A DNA stretch of 64,000 nucleotides from Macrostomum lignano. Taxonomy: Eukaryota. Both the position numbers and the translations under genes were made by a program. The DNA is taken from contig NIVC01003243.1 in assembly GCA_002269645.1 (NCBI GenBank), positions 45,400-109,399 of the forward strand, given 5' to 3'. Below are positions 1-20,520 of this stretch, piece by piece. The notes under the pieces were generated by a model. The model saw nothing but the letters and a program-made list of their open reading frames with translations, was not told the origin of the DNA and did not search any database. Each line of letters begins with the position of its first letter. The first letter of the stretch is position 1.

Positions 1-511
1 TTACTGATATTGAGACATTCCGGTGCCTCTCGAGTTACTAATATTGAGACATTCCGGTGCCTCTCGAGTTACTGATATTGAGACATTCCGGTGCCTCTCG
101 AGTTACTGAAATTGAGACATTCCGGTGCCTCTTGAGTAACTGATATTGAGACATTCCGGTGCCTCTCGAGTTACTGAAATTGAGACATTCCGGTGCCTCT
201 CGAGTTACTAATATTGAGACATTCCGGTGCCTCTTGAGTAACTGATATTGAGACATTCCGGTGCCTCTCGAGTTACTGATATTGAGACATTCCGGTGCCT
301 CTCGAGTTACTGAAATTGAGACATTCCGGTGCCTCTTGAGTAACTGATATTGAGACATTCCGGTGCCTCTCGAGTTACTGAAATTGAGACATTCCGGTGC
401 CTCTCGAGTTACTGATATTGAGACATTCCGGTGCCTCTCGAGTTACTGATATTGAGACATTCCGGTGCCTCTCGAGTTACTGATATTGAGACATTCCGGT
501 GCCTCTCGAGT
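1..511. repeat. 34-bp minisatellite (TTACTGATATTGAGACATTCCGGTGCCTCTCGAG)n, ~15 copies, runs off the window start
   Basis: Direct head-to-tail repeats with no unique spacers. ORF 38..358 is a by-product. Confidence 0.97.
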
Positions 512-605
512 TTAACTTTACTGTTTCGCGATGAGATGTCAGTGATATTGACATGAAACCTTGCTCTAATTTCGACCCCCTACCGACCTCCCCTGATTCG
601 AAAAG

Positions 606-9262
<8,657 letters not shown>

Positions 9263-10424
9263 GCCCGGAAAATTGTCAAAATTGTTATAACAAAAATTCA
9301 GCGCCTATTTGTACTGTTCGATATCGTGAAATAACTTATAAATATTTATTATAATTTTTATGTATTTTACAACACTGCTTTAATGTCATTTTTGTGTTAA
9401 TTGTCTTTTGCGATATTTATCAAATTATATTCCTTTATCTTAGCTTTAGCGAGGGCCGATCGTAGATCTCCGAAGCTAGTATATACCAAAACAGATGCAG
9501 CTAAGAGATTACAATTCCATAACAAGATCAGTCATTTAGGGTTAGTTTTTTATAATTTATTGCTCTCTCTGTGACGGAAAGGGGGATTTAAAATTACGTT
9601 AAATTTATTCGGTATTTTTATCAGAGCACCGACACCGATAAGCTTTTTTAGTGCTTATTATTGTTTGTTTTGTTTAACTGTTTTTTTCCCGTTGTGTCTT
9701 TATTGGGACTTCCCGTCTTTATCGTGACTAAGTGTTGTTATACTTGTACTGTATAGTAGTTTAGCGCTTATTCTAACCATATTTTTATTCGGCGTTGTTT
9801 TAAACGCCTGCCTGAATGCTACATTTTCTGTGTCATGCTACGAGCTATAAAAACTACAAGCAATGATTTTTCCTATTCATGTCTAGTTTCTCCAAGAAAA
9901 GAAATGCTTCAAATCCAGTTTTTAATATCTGTTTTTAATCGTTTATACTATTAATATAATTTAATACCGACTCACCCATCAATTATTTATAATTTATTAG
10001 TTATTACAAGTTTACCCTCGCTAATAAAATCTGATGAGCAAAGTTTGATTAAAAGTACATCATACAGCATATATACATAATTTATTACTTTCCTCAGCAG
10101 TAACAGTAGGCATCAATGGTTTTTATCTGTTTACTGTCTTCAATCTTTAATGTCAGACAAATTTTTTTTTCAAATCCAGTAAAATTATAAATTTTTTCCT
10201 TTCACGAAAAACGAAAATAGACAAACTAAAACAGACTGCGATTAAAAAAAACCCGAACGATTAATTTCATATTTCCTTAGATTTGGATAAAAGTTATATA
10301 TTATCCTGCATAGCCTTGTCTGACAAGTAAACTACTGACTGTGAATCTGTTTAACCTTATTTTTTACAAAGTGGGTGTGAGTCTTACACATTTTAGTAGC
10401 ATATTTTTAATAGTATTAATGATT

Positions 10425-10610
10425 CTCGGAGGGCTGTGGGAACCCTGGCGCAAACGCCTTCGGCGACGTCGTCTTAACAGCCCAGCGCTGAGGCAATTCT
10501 GCCCATTCCGCTGACTCCTGAGAGCACATACAAGCGCGCCAATACTGTGCACAGGCATGCACTCATGCACACGCACGCTCACACGGGGTGTGAGCGGCCC
10601 CGACTTTCTA
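10425..10610 (-). mobile_element. Partial SINE family A (3' body)
   Basis: Shares the body motif with the copies at 15060-15415 and 7125-7410. Confidence 0.7.
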
Positions 10611-10699
10611 ATCGTCGAGCCAAAGGACTTCTCAAGTAGCGGGACTGTTCTGTTGCACATTTTGTTACACAGTCGGCTAAGAATGATATAATAAATTCA

Positions 10700-10990
10700 T
10701 AAACTTTCATAATATTCAATTCATAATATTCATAATATTCATAATATTCATAATATTCATAATATTAATAATATTAATAATATTCATAATATTCATAATA
10801 TTCATAATATTCATAATATTCATAATATTCATAATATTCATAATATTCATAATATTCATAATATTCATAATATTCATAATATTCATAATATTCATCATAA
10901 TATTCATAATATTCATAATATTCATAATATTCATAATATTCATAATATTCATCATAATATTCATAATATTCATAATATTCATAATATTTT
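10700..10990. repeat. 9-bp minisatellite (ATAATATTC)n
   Basis: Direct reading. ORF 10716..11039 (MNI)n is a by-product. Confidence 0.97.
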
Positions 10991-11749
10991 CATTAAACGT
11001 AGTTTCCCGTCCTTCTATAGTGTGTAGTTGAGTAGTCATTGGCCCGATGATTAGAAAGTCCGGGCTGCATTAGACCAATGGGTCGATCTGTGCCATTTTT
11101 ATTATTTTTAGGCACAGAACATATAATTAACATAGAATCCTATTTTTTTAAACAAAAAGATATATAAATATCACCAATAGAGCAGGTAATACATATCGAA
11201 AGATGACCATTGGGTCTGTCTACTATCAAAATCAATAAAAAAGTAACAACCTGTGGTTTCCCGTCTTTCTGCTTGAGTAGTCCTTGAGTCGGGCATGTAC
11301 GCTCTCGCTCTCGATCTGTGCCTTAGGAGCTAGCCCTCATGGTGTTAATCGCATGACAACCCACCTGGCCAATTTTCGAGCACAAGCACCAAATGAATGT
11401 GGCCACGTGCACGCAATCAAAACAGGTGTCGCTTCACCGCACACTGTTTACTCAGAGTTGACCATCGGAGTGAATTGTGCTCAACCGAAAATTTTCTATC
11501 TTCTCTACCTACCATAGGAGGCTCTTCAGGGATTAGCAGAATGTGTGATGCCGACAGCAGAGTACATGTGCGAGTCAAATCAAGTCAGGATGTGTGGTAA
11601 CTGACTCAAACTCATATATTATCAAAGAAGTACATGCAGTCTTCTGAATACGCTCTTGTAAGCTGACAAGCTGTTTTCTTTACGGGCGCACCACTCAAGG
11701 ATGATATATACGAGTAACAACTGGATTGTCAAACTACTCCACCTAAAGG

Positions 11750-13690
11750 TGTTACTTTGTGATGATGGTTCACGAAGGAAACCGGTTTAGTTGTGCAGCA
11801 TTTAGCTACGAATTGGAGTGCTGCAGTTGAGCTGCTCTCTCTACTCACGCTTAGTGTATTTGAGCCTTGCGGCTCTGCTCACTTCAACGAAAAGAGTACC
11901 GCATAACAGTTTCGGCCAGAGAGTATGCACCGTGGTAATAACTAACATAAGATATTTTTTATAAACCGTCTAAGCATCTAACACTCCTCCCCAATAGTCT
12001 TTGCACCGGTCACGGTTCAAAATTCAGTTCAAGTACCATCCGGTCTTCCAAGAGTTGAGTAATGCAATCTATCAAGCGCTTTTCGGTTGCGCTGACTGCG
12101 GTTGTTCCTCTCGGTCTGTTTTGGCTCCGTTGCATTTCTCTCCGTAGTATCGGCAGTATCTTCGTGTGCGTCCATCAGAGTATCTCCTGTTACAGGTAGA
12201 ATCCTCGGCTTGGTCTGCTCCAGATGGTATCGACCATACTTACCATCGGCCAGTTGCACTCCTACAATAGCCTTGCCCTCATTAGCAACAACATCACCCG
12301 GTTTCCATTTCTCCGTCTCATGCCTGTAGGTCTTAACCCACACCGGTTCCTTAGCCAAAGAGAGTGTCACCGTGCGCAGTAGATGTCCACGCATCAACTC
12401 GGCGGGTGCCTTTCCTGTTGTGGAGTGACGGGAGTTCCGATACTGCAGCAAGAAACGGTCCACACTGATTTGTAGGTCATCTTCGTTTCCGGATGCTCTT
12501 GTGTGGTTTTTTAGGTCTCTCACAAACCTTTCAGCAAGACCGTTAGATCTATTAGGGTGATACGGAGGCATGAGTACATGTCTGCAACCTATTCCTTTAA
12601 GCCATCCTTCCATCTCCACAGAGGTGAACTGAGGACCGTTGTCCGTGCGCTGAGGCTCCCTCTTGCGAAAATGTTTTACGGAAACGCCGAATAGTTTCTG
12701 CCGATGTAGTTACTGCATGTATTACAGTTACTGATGTATTTACTGTGGGCATCAATGAGCAAGAGTAGGTACTTGTCACCCTTAAAAGGTCCGGCATAGT
12801 CTGCGTGCACTCGGCACCACTTCTCTCTTTCTTCTGGCCATGAGGTCCATTGAATCGATGACCCGTGGTCCTTGTTCGCCTGGCAGGCAGCACATCGCTT
12901 TGCATGCAGTGTGACATCCGAGTCAATGCCTGGCCACCAGACGCACTGTCTGGCGATGGACTTCATTTTGTCCGCACCAACGTGGCCTTCGTGAAGTAGT
13001 CCTAGCACCGTTTGACGCTCCTTCTTCGGAATCAATAGTCGCAAACCTCGGTATAAGACACCATGTTCGATCACCAGCTCATCTCGAAATCGTGCGTACG
13101 TCGGCAGTTTCCGAATTCCTTGAGCTGTCCAACCATCCTTAACAAACCAATAGAGCTGCCGCAACTCTTTGTCCATCCGAGACTAGCACCTAAGGTGATC
13201 CTTGTTTATCGGAATGTCGAGCAGACTATCGTGAATGGAGTTGATATCAAACTGCTCGCACTCTGCGATGCTGTTGTTCAATCGTGATAGGGCATCAGCA
13301 ACCGGAATTTCTTCTGATCGTTTGCACTCGATGACACAGTCGTACTCCATGAGAGTGATCGCCTAACGTTGTAGCCTAGCAGCAGCAACCGTAGACAAGG
13401 CCTTTCCCAGGTTGAACAGGAATTACAGTGGGTGATGGTCCGCCCTGAGCACGAACTTGCGTCCTAGCAGATATTTGTGGAGACGTTTAACCGCCCAGAC
13501 TATGGTTACCGCCTCTCTTTTGATCTGTGCATAGTTTCTCTCAGCCTGTGTCAGCAGTGTCTTGGAGATAAATAGAACAGGACCGGGCGACTGCTCTAAC
13601 ACGGCTCCTAGACCCACCGGTGATGCATCAGTCGTAAGTATAATATTGTCAGCTGGATCGAATGACTTTAGAAGCCCGGCCGTAGTGGAG
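11750..13690 (-). mobile_element. 5'-truncated, frameshifted Ty3/gypsy LTR retrotransposon remnant: RNase H, integrase, PPT, 3' LTR
   Basis: RT_RNaseH motif '...FDPADNIILTTDASPVGLGAVLEQ...AERNYAQIKREA...HKYLLGRKFVLRADHHPL' (~13680-13420). Integrase HHCC region 'LHEGHVG...ARQCVWWPGIDSDV...CAAC' and rve core 'HADYAGPF...DNGPQFTS...PYHPNRSNGLAERFVR' (13176-12029). On the minus strand, polypurine tract GGGGAGGAG (11992-11984) is followed directly by TGTTAG (11983). The putative LTR ends ...GTAACA at 11750. Confidence 0.92.
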
Positions 13691-14719
13691 AGATAAATGT
13701 GGGTGTGTTTGCTATATATGTTTGTTTGTTATTATATATGATCCTGGTGTATTTGAAACCTTCCAGCCAATTAGAATGAATGAGGGGATTTGCGGGTCAA
13801 AATTTAAGCATGCTATAGCACCAGTCTGACAATCCAGTTGTTACATACCAGTATCATCCTTGGTAGCTAGCTGCAATTAAATTAAGATGAAACAATTAAA
13901 AATTTCTTGCGCTTTCGAAACATTTTTATCAGCCTAGCTATCAGGGTTGCCAAGCGATCGCATTATTATTATGAGTAAAAACTACTTAAAAATTTGCAAA
14001 AAGTCAATTGCGAGTCGTATTAGTTATAATACTCTTTGCGACTACCACATATATTAGTAGAAAGCCGAGGTGAAGTCAATTCAAAGCCGCTCTGTGCTGA
14101 GAACAAAAGTTTACACTTCAATAGGACTATTGGAAGTAGGATTCATAGGAATCAAATATATATGTACCAAGGTACAAGGTATTGATATGATTGTGCATCA
14201 TCAGGTACGATTAATTTGCTCTTACCGCGAGTATACATGTTTACAGAAACTGCTGGCGATGGCATGGCGACTCATAATTTCTTGAGTCACATCCCAACTA
14301 CCCAATAAAATATGTTGTGTCTAATAATATGAGCTACTGCCGGCCTATTAATTATAAATTATAAATTATAATTAATTATAAATTAAAATTAATTATAAAT
14401 AATTTTCATGTCTTAAGACTTCACTTGTGACTTTTTAGAATGTCAGAAGGGCTATGTACTCAAAGGAAGCTACGTACTTTTGTCATGTTAAAACATTTGT
14501 TCCAGGGGGAACTTCTGCCTACATGTATTTATAAATTCGTACTACTTATCACTAAATTAAAACTCTTTCTTAGAAAATTCCGAATTCACTCGATTTCTTA
14601 TAAATCTCGTGGTAGCGACGATATTAGTGCCCGAGCGGTAAGACTGCCTAACTTCCTTAAATAAGTCCGAAAGTACTGCGTTCTACGGGGATCAAGGGTT
14701 TCCAGCAGGGTTTCCAGTT

Positions 14720-14962
14720 TCCAGCGACCTCATCAGTTTCCCTATTCCAGACTCCTATTCTGGGTCTCCACGACCTCAGTTTCCCTATTCCAGACTCCTA
14801 TTCTGGGTCTCCACAACCTCAGTTTCCCTATTCCTTACTCCTATTCTGGGTCTCCACAACCTCAGTTTCCCTATTCCAGACTCCTATTCTGGGTCTCCAC
14901 GACCTCAGTTTCCCTATTCCAGACTCCTATTCTGGGTCTCCACGACCTCAGTTCTCCCTATT
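14720..14962. repeat. 43-bp minisatellite (CCTCAGTTTCCCTATTCCAGACTCCTATTCTGGGTCTCCACGA)n, ~5.5 copies
   Basis: Direct reading of the sequence. Confidence 0.95.
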
Positions 14963-15059
14963 CTAGAAAAGAACTAACAATGTAAGTCTCTTTAGTAGAG
15001 ATTTCGTTTAGCCTAGAAGACTATAGCTAAGAAAGCATGCAGGTCGGTACTGAATTTTT

Positions 15060-15415
15060 TTTATTAGAGGCAGGGGGTTGTGTGCACCCTGGCGCACTTT
15101 AAGCGACATAGGCACACAACCGGCGAGAGGCATTACTGCCCATTCCGCCGACTCCCCTGAGCAGGCATACAAGCGCGCGGATACGTACGCAGGCACACAC
15201 TCACACAGGAGTGTACAGCGGCCCTAACTTTATATTATCCTTAGGCATGTACACTTCACTGCGCCTTGGGGGGTTGGCTCTCAAGGCCGTTAATTGCACG
15301 AGCAGAGCCAAGCCGAGATTCCAATTCAGCCCCAAATTAATGTGACTGCACTTGGAATCGAGCCTGGGTCGCTGGCACACCAGAGCAGCTGCGCTACCGC
15401 TGGGCTACGGCCCCC
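15060..15415 (-). mobile_element. Near full-length tRNA-derived SINE family A
   Basis: Minus-strand head GGGGCCGTAGCCCAGCGGTAGCGC...GGCTCGATTCC has pol III A and B boxes. Body is shared with several copies in the window. A-rich tail region near 15060. Confidence 0.85.
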
Positions 15416-16185
15416 CTGGTCGGTACTGAAAGTAAAGGTTGAGTTTATTTTGGGCTTAGTGGCGTTGTATGTATAGAAATTTGGGAGGGGTAAAGTGCGC
15501 TGCTATTGAATAGTGCTCGTTACAACAAAAATTCGCCAAGATTTAAGCAAGCAAGAATTAAAACAAATGATAATATTCAAACATAAACCTAGAAATTAGC
15601 TGATTGGTTAAGGTGGATAAAATACGAATCTAACTACTAATAGTAATTTAGTTTGAGAAGACCCTGCCTCACATTCAAAATCAATTCGAACACCCTAGAT
15701 TTAAACGATGTTTGCAATAGTCTTCCAGTTCACTGCTGCGAGCAGTCAGAATCACAAAAAATAATTAACGCTACTATAAATTACTGCGTATGTTTTCTTT
15801 AAAATATTTCTGATGAAAAATATAGACACTGAATAACCATTTTTGCGTTTCGTTAACACATAAACGCGATAACGCTTTCCTTAAGCAACGTTCAAAGCGT
15901 TGTAAAGCGAACAGTTCAGAAGCGACAGTGTCACTAATAATTTTAGTTTAATATAATAAGCCAAAAATATATTGAATAAGAGACAAGTAAATATACATTT
16001 AAAATCAATCACGACCCTAAGTGTAAAATAACATTATATATTAATAGTTAATGACCTCCGTCAAAATAAAAGCTTCCGCACTTTCCAAGAAATTGTGACA
16101 AAAGATTGTAAACTGAATCAAAATTCGCTGATCAGAACCAAAAAAAACCAAACTTTCGACTGGAGTCGACAGTAAAAAATTGATA

Positions 16186-19100
16186 TTAAATAACATTCAG
16201 CGAAGAAAACTGGATAAATATAGGGATAAAGACAGTTTCACCAGCGCGTTCAAATGCATTGAGCGCCAGCTTCTCCGCAAGCTCTTTGGCGTCGTAGGAC
16301 ACCTCACACAAGAGTTTCTCAAAATCAACCTCGCTCTGAGGAAGTTGATATTTTCCAGCAATGTCGTTGGCGTATGTGCTCATGGGAAATCTGACATCAT
16401 CCTCAACCATATTCCTCAGTGTGAGCAGTATGTAGAAGCGCATCGGGCTGGACTGTGGGAAAAATCGATTGGATGCCAGGCAGTCGATCGCGATGCCCAC
16501 CACATCGATCGCGATGCCAGAGACAGCTTGTAGCCAAAGTCGGCGGCTCGGGCTAAAAACATCCAAGCACCATCGAACATTGTGCAGACGGCTTTGTCAG
16601 TGAGGAGGCTCAGAGCAGAGAATTCATTGATCGCAAATTTGGTAAAGATGAACTCCAGCATCGGCTCCTCGCACCAGGTGAGAACGATGTAGCCTCTTAG
16701 ACTGGTTTCCAAGCAGCGATTTTTCAGTTCCACCTCACTGGGATTAGAGATGCTGAGTCCCGTTCTGAGAATGACTTCCGAGAATTTGAGGATGCATTGG
16801 ACCGAAAAGCCTAGATCTCGCCTGTCCTCGGCAGACTGCTGAAACTCTTCTGTCTTCGTGTGGCACCAGTCCTGCGCTTCTTTTAACTTGCTGAGTAGGT
16901 CGTGTTGCGGGAACTTTTCTGCAGAATACTTCTGGAGCTCCGTTACAAGTTCGTGGAATTGCGCTAAACGCTCTTCTACAGGACTTTGTGGTTTTTGTTT
17001 CACATTGCGCTCGTTGGCGTACTTGAGTAGCGTAGCTTGCAGCTCTTCGTTCTCACTCAGCTCGCGCCAGACCTGCGGCCAGTGGACGGTGAATTCTGGC
17101 AGACATTCGTTGGGAAATGACGCCAAGTGAGCTTTAGATTGCTGAATGACCTCCTGGATTGTCTCTCGCTGCTTTGAGAGTTTCTCATCTGTTTGGATTG
17201 AGATCCCACCTTGATCTGGATAATACTTTAATGGGTAGAACCTTCTGACGGGAAAGAGCTGCATCAGCTTCTTGTCTTCTCCGACATCATCCTGAAAGTC
17301 AGAGTCTAATTCCACCGTAGTGGAATTGAGCAGAATTGTTTCATTCCAATCGTCTGCGTAGCGCGCTATGACTTTACTCTTCTTTGCGCGGAGCACCACG
17401 CTGAGCTGTGCTGGACCTCCGCGTTGGAGAAACTTGTCAACATTGCAGGCGAGAAATTTCAGCTTGGCGTAAATAAACTGCTTTGTGATGCTCCGAGAGT
17501 CCACTTCCGAAAGCTCTGGATCAATCAAGCAGTGCAGGATAAAGTGGGTGGATGCAGCAAAGCCAAAGAGGTCCAACAAGAAGTTTCCAGCTGGACAGAA
17601 GCCTTCCTCGAGTTTTTTCTCTTCTGTGCAGTCGCTGCTGTCCAGAGCACCGCTGACGTTGTCGATATTGTCACAAATGTCCAGAAACACGACTTTCTCC
17701 TTCTCCAATACGTACATGACCACTCCGACCTTGAACAGGGTGGCAGCGATCTGGTTCTCCGTGAACTGATAGCCGAAGCCCATGATCTGGTCGTGAATAA
17801 ATGTGGTGGTTCCACTCCGCATGAACCCGCTGACCGCAATCACCTTGAGCCCTTGGGGCAGCTGCCAATCAGCTGGATCTCCCATTTTGTACTTTTGATC
17901 CTTTTCGTCCCACAGAATCAGAGGGACCACTCTGCACAGATTCAACGAAGTGGCGGAGTCGGTAGGTTGCTCAACTGAGAAACTCTCAACTGACGCCTCT
18001 GCTTGCGGATGAATTTTTTCGTCTCGATCATTTTGAAAATGCTTAGGTGTGTCCTTTTCGTCCTTTTCTGTCTCCTTGTTATCAGAGTCAGCAGTGTTCA
18101 TTCCAGAGGGTTGCAAGTCAGCATTTCGTGACTCTCTTCCAATGCCTCCAGAGCTTCGGCTAGCAGCATCACTTGCTGTCCTCGAAGTGGCAGTCTCGAA
18201 TGTTTTAGGCGACGGCATGTGCGCCAACTGCTTGGCTTCGTCCGCTTCTCGTTTGCGTTGCGCTTTGTACTGTAAGAGCTCCATGGTGGAACTGAATATG
18301 CGAGGCACCTTCTCTTTCTTGATGGTTTGCTTAGCTTGTTGGCTTCTTACTTGCATAGCGGCTGGTGGCGGTGGAGGAGGCGGCGGTGAGAGCGTATCAC
18401 AAATCACTCCTTCGGGCATGCGAGAACGATTCTTTTTTGAAGTGCCACTTTTGCTTTTAAAAGCTGCTGTGAGATGCGATGAGGCGTCTGAGCCCAAAAC
18501 GTAGGTGCTTAAACTTTCAGGATCTTCATGATGAGCAGTCTCTGGCATTGGTGCCGTTGCTTGATTTTCCAGGTCACCCATCTTTTTGAGCGATTCTCTA
18601 GATAGGTCACCACTCAGTTTAGTTATCTCACCGGTCTCTTTGGGTGGTTCTGTTGGTGAGTCATCGGTGTCTTCTGATGGCTTTTTTTGTGGTTCATCGG
18701 TCTCTTTGAGCGATTCTCTAGATTGGTCACCGCTCAGTTTAGGTATCTCACCGGTCTCCTTGGGTGGTTCTGTTGGTGAGTCATCGGTCTCTTCTGATGG
18801 TTCTTTTTGTGGATCATCGGTCTCTTTGAGCGATTCTCTAGATAGGTCACCGGTCTCTTTGGATGGTTCTTTGGGTGGCTGATCGGTCTCTCTAGATGAA
18901 TCTGTTTCTTTAATATTATGAGGCTGTTCATCACAACCAGTCTCCGGCATTAATGACGGATTTTCTGTCGGTGAAGATCGTGATGGCGGATTTACTGGTC
19001 TTTGGCGGTTGCGGTGGCAGATTTTCTGGCGTTGGCGGTTGCGGTGGCGGATTTTCTGGATGTGACGAGGTGACTTTGCAAGGAAATCGTGAAGCAAGTT

Positions 19101-20520
19101 GGTGACTGGTGCAAATATTTTGCTGTTGTGGTGCTTCTTCAAGTCTTTTTTCTTGAGTGGCATTTTCTACCGCCATGTCCGTCTGCTTAATTGCATGCGT
19201 TTTGCCATTGTTGGCTTGGATATCGTTCTTTTCAGCTAGTCTGTTATCCGCTTGTCTGTTTTCTGGAGTCGATTTCGGCGTTGCAGAGCTAGGCGATTTG
19301 CTTGCCGTAGTTTGTGTATTTTCTTTTTTCTGGGTCTCTATTAGTGGTTCACCAGGCCTTTTGGCTGGATCTTGTTGTCCACCAATACACGGCTTTTTGT
19401 CACGACCAGTTGCCTGCATTGGTGGCAAATTCACTGGTCTCTTTTTTTCGGGTGGTACTGCAGAATGTGATGGGTTGAACCTGCTGGGAAATTTTGTGGG
19501 TTTACCTGGACTATCTGAACTATCTGGACTATCTGGACTATCTGGACTATCTGAACTATCTGGACTATCTGAACTATCTGGACTATCTGGACTATCTGGA
19601 CTATCTGGACTATCTGGACTATCTGGTCTATTTAAACTATCTGAACAACTATCTGAGCAAGTGCTGTTTCGACAAGTGAGAAGGTGATCGGTATGAATAT
19701 TTTGTTTCTGTTGCGGTGCCTCTGCTAAGCCATGATTTTTTTCATCGCTGGCCGAGTTTCTTTCCGGGGTTTCCAGGTTACCTTCTTTGACCAACTCACA
19801 GGGCTGTTGCTGCTGTCTACTGGCCCGCAAGTACCGGGCTCCGGTGATGGCCAGACCGCCTGCCATTGAGCAAAGAAGAAGAGATTGATCTATTTCATCG
19901 GTGAACGCCAACTGTCCAACGATATTTGACGCAGCGTGAGCAAAGAGTTCCAGGACATTTGAGCTTATCCACTTGACAGCGTCAGCTGTGCCGCCAATTG
20001 GATTTGGCGCAATGCTTACTAGACGATCAGTGATAAATCTCTGGATTTGCGGTCCTATTTCTGGGTGTTCGAGCCCGATAGGAACAATGGCGGTGAGAGC
20101 GGTCGAGAAGACAGCGCAAAGAAGGTTTTCGTTCCATGCCCTGCCTCGCGCGAGGTTAATAGCGGCGTTAGCAATGGCACCTGTGATAGCACCTGCTGCA
20201 CCCCGTATCAATACGTTTGTAGCAAAAGTACTAAAGCCCAATGTTTGCAGTGCAGGAGTCAGACTGGCTGTGGCAGCAGAGGCAGCAATAGAAAAGACAC
20301 CGCTGACTACACCAATCAAGCCGCCTACCCCAGCCCCCTTCCAGAACTGTTGCCAATCCACGTTCCTCCAAGCGCCGTAGAGAGCAGCTACGCCCGCACT
20401 GGTCAGTCCGGAGACGAGGACGCTGGCAGGTAGTGTAACGGGAACAAAAATTGTCACTGCAGCCGATGCCAGAAGACAGGCTGTGCCGAATAGAAATTTG
20501 AAAAATCGTCCCCAGTTCAT
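16186..20520 (-). CDS. Intronless ~1,440-codon gene (two 1-nt frameshifts): hydrophobic Gly-rich N-terminus, repeat linker, degenerate GBP/atlastin-like GTPase, helical C-terminus
   Basis: Overlapping ORFs 18931..20520, 16416..19163 and 16186..16566 join if one base is removed at TTT 19001-19003 and one base is added at AAAAA 16555-16559. GBP-like motifs appear in order: 'KVIAVSGFMRSGTTTF' (G1), 'GVVMY', 'VVFLDICD' (G3 position), 'LFGFAASTHFILH', 'PAQLSVVLR'. May be a pseudogene or an assembly-error copy. Confidence 0.7.
18590..18900 (-). repeat. 120-bp (40-aa) coding repeats, ~2.5 copies, in the GBP-like gene linker
   Basis: GA(T/A)GGTCAC-type anchors recur at 18601, 18721 and 18841. Peptide SRESLKETDDPQKEPSEETDDSPTEPPKETGEI.. 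Confidence 0.9.
19505..19630 (-). repeat. 9-bp coding repeat giving (PDS/SDS)n
   Basis: (CTATCTGGA)n on the + strand, in frame in ORF 18931..20520. Confidence 0.9.

Noticed and set aside
1-511. 34-bp repeat array as a CRISPR array (also the 35-bp array at 48910-49725 and the 69-bp array at 43185-43840)
   Set aside because: Units are head-to-tail with no unique spacers, no cas genes are present, and the context is eukaryotic and intronic.
15330-15415. tRNA gene
   Set aside because: A and B boxes are present, but the head continues into a body shared with several dispersed copies and I could not fold a full cloverleaf. It is a SINE head.
17424-20433. Plus-strand ORFs antisense to the GBP-like gene (184, 151, 176, 135 and 128 aa)
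   Set aside because: They are shadow ORFs of a long coding frame and its repeats, with no recognisable motifs.
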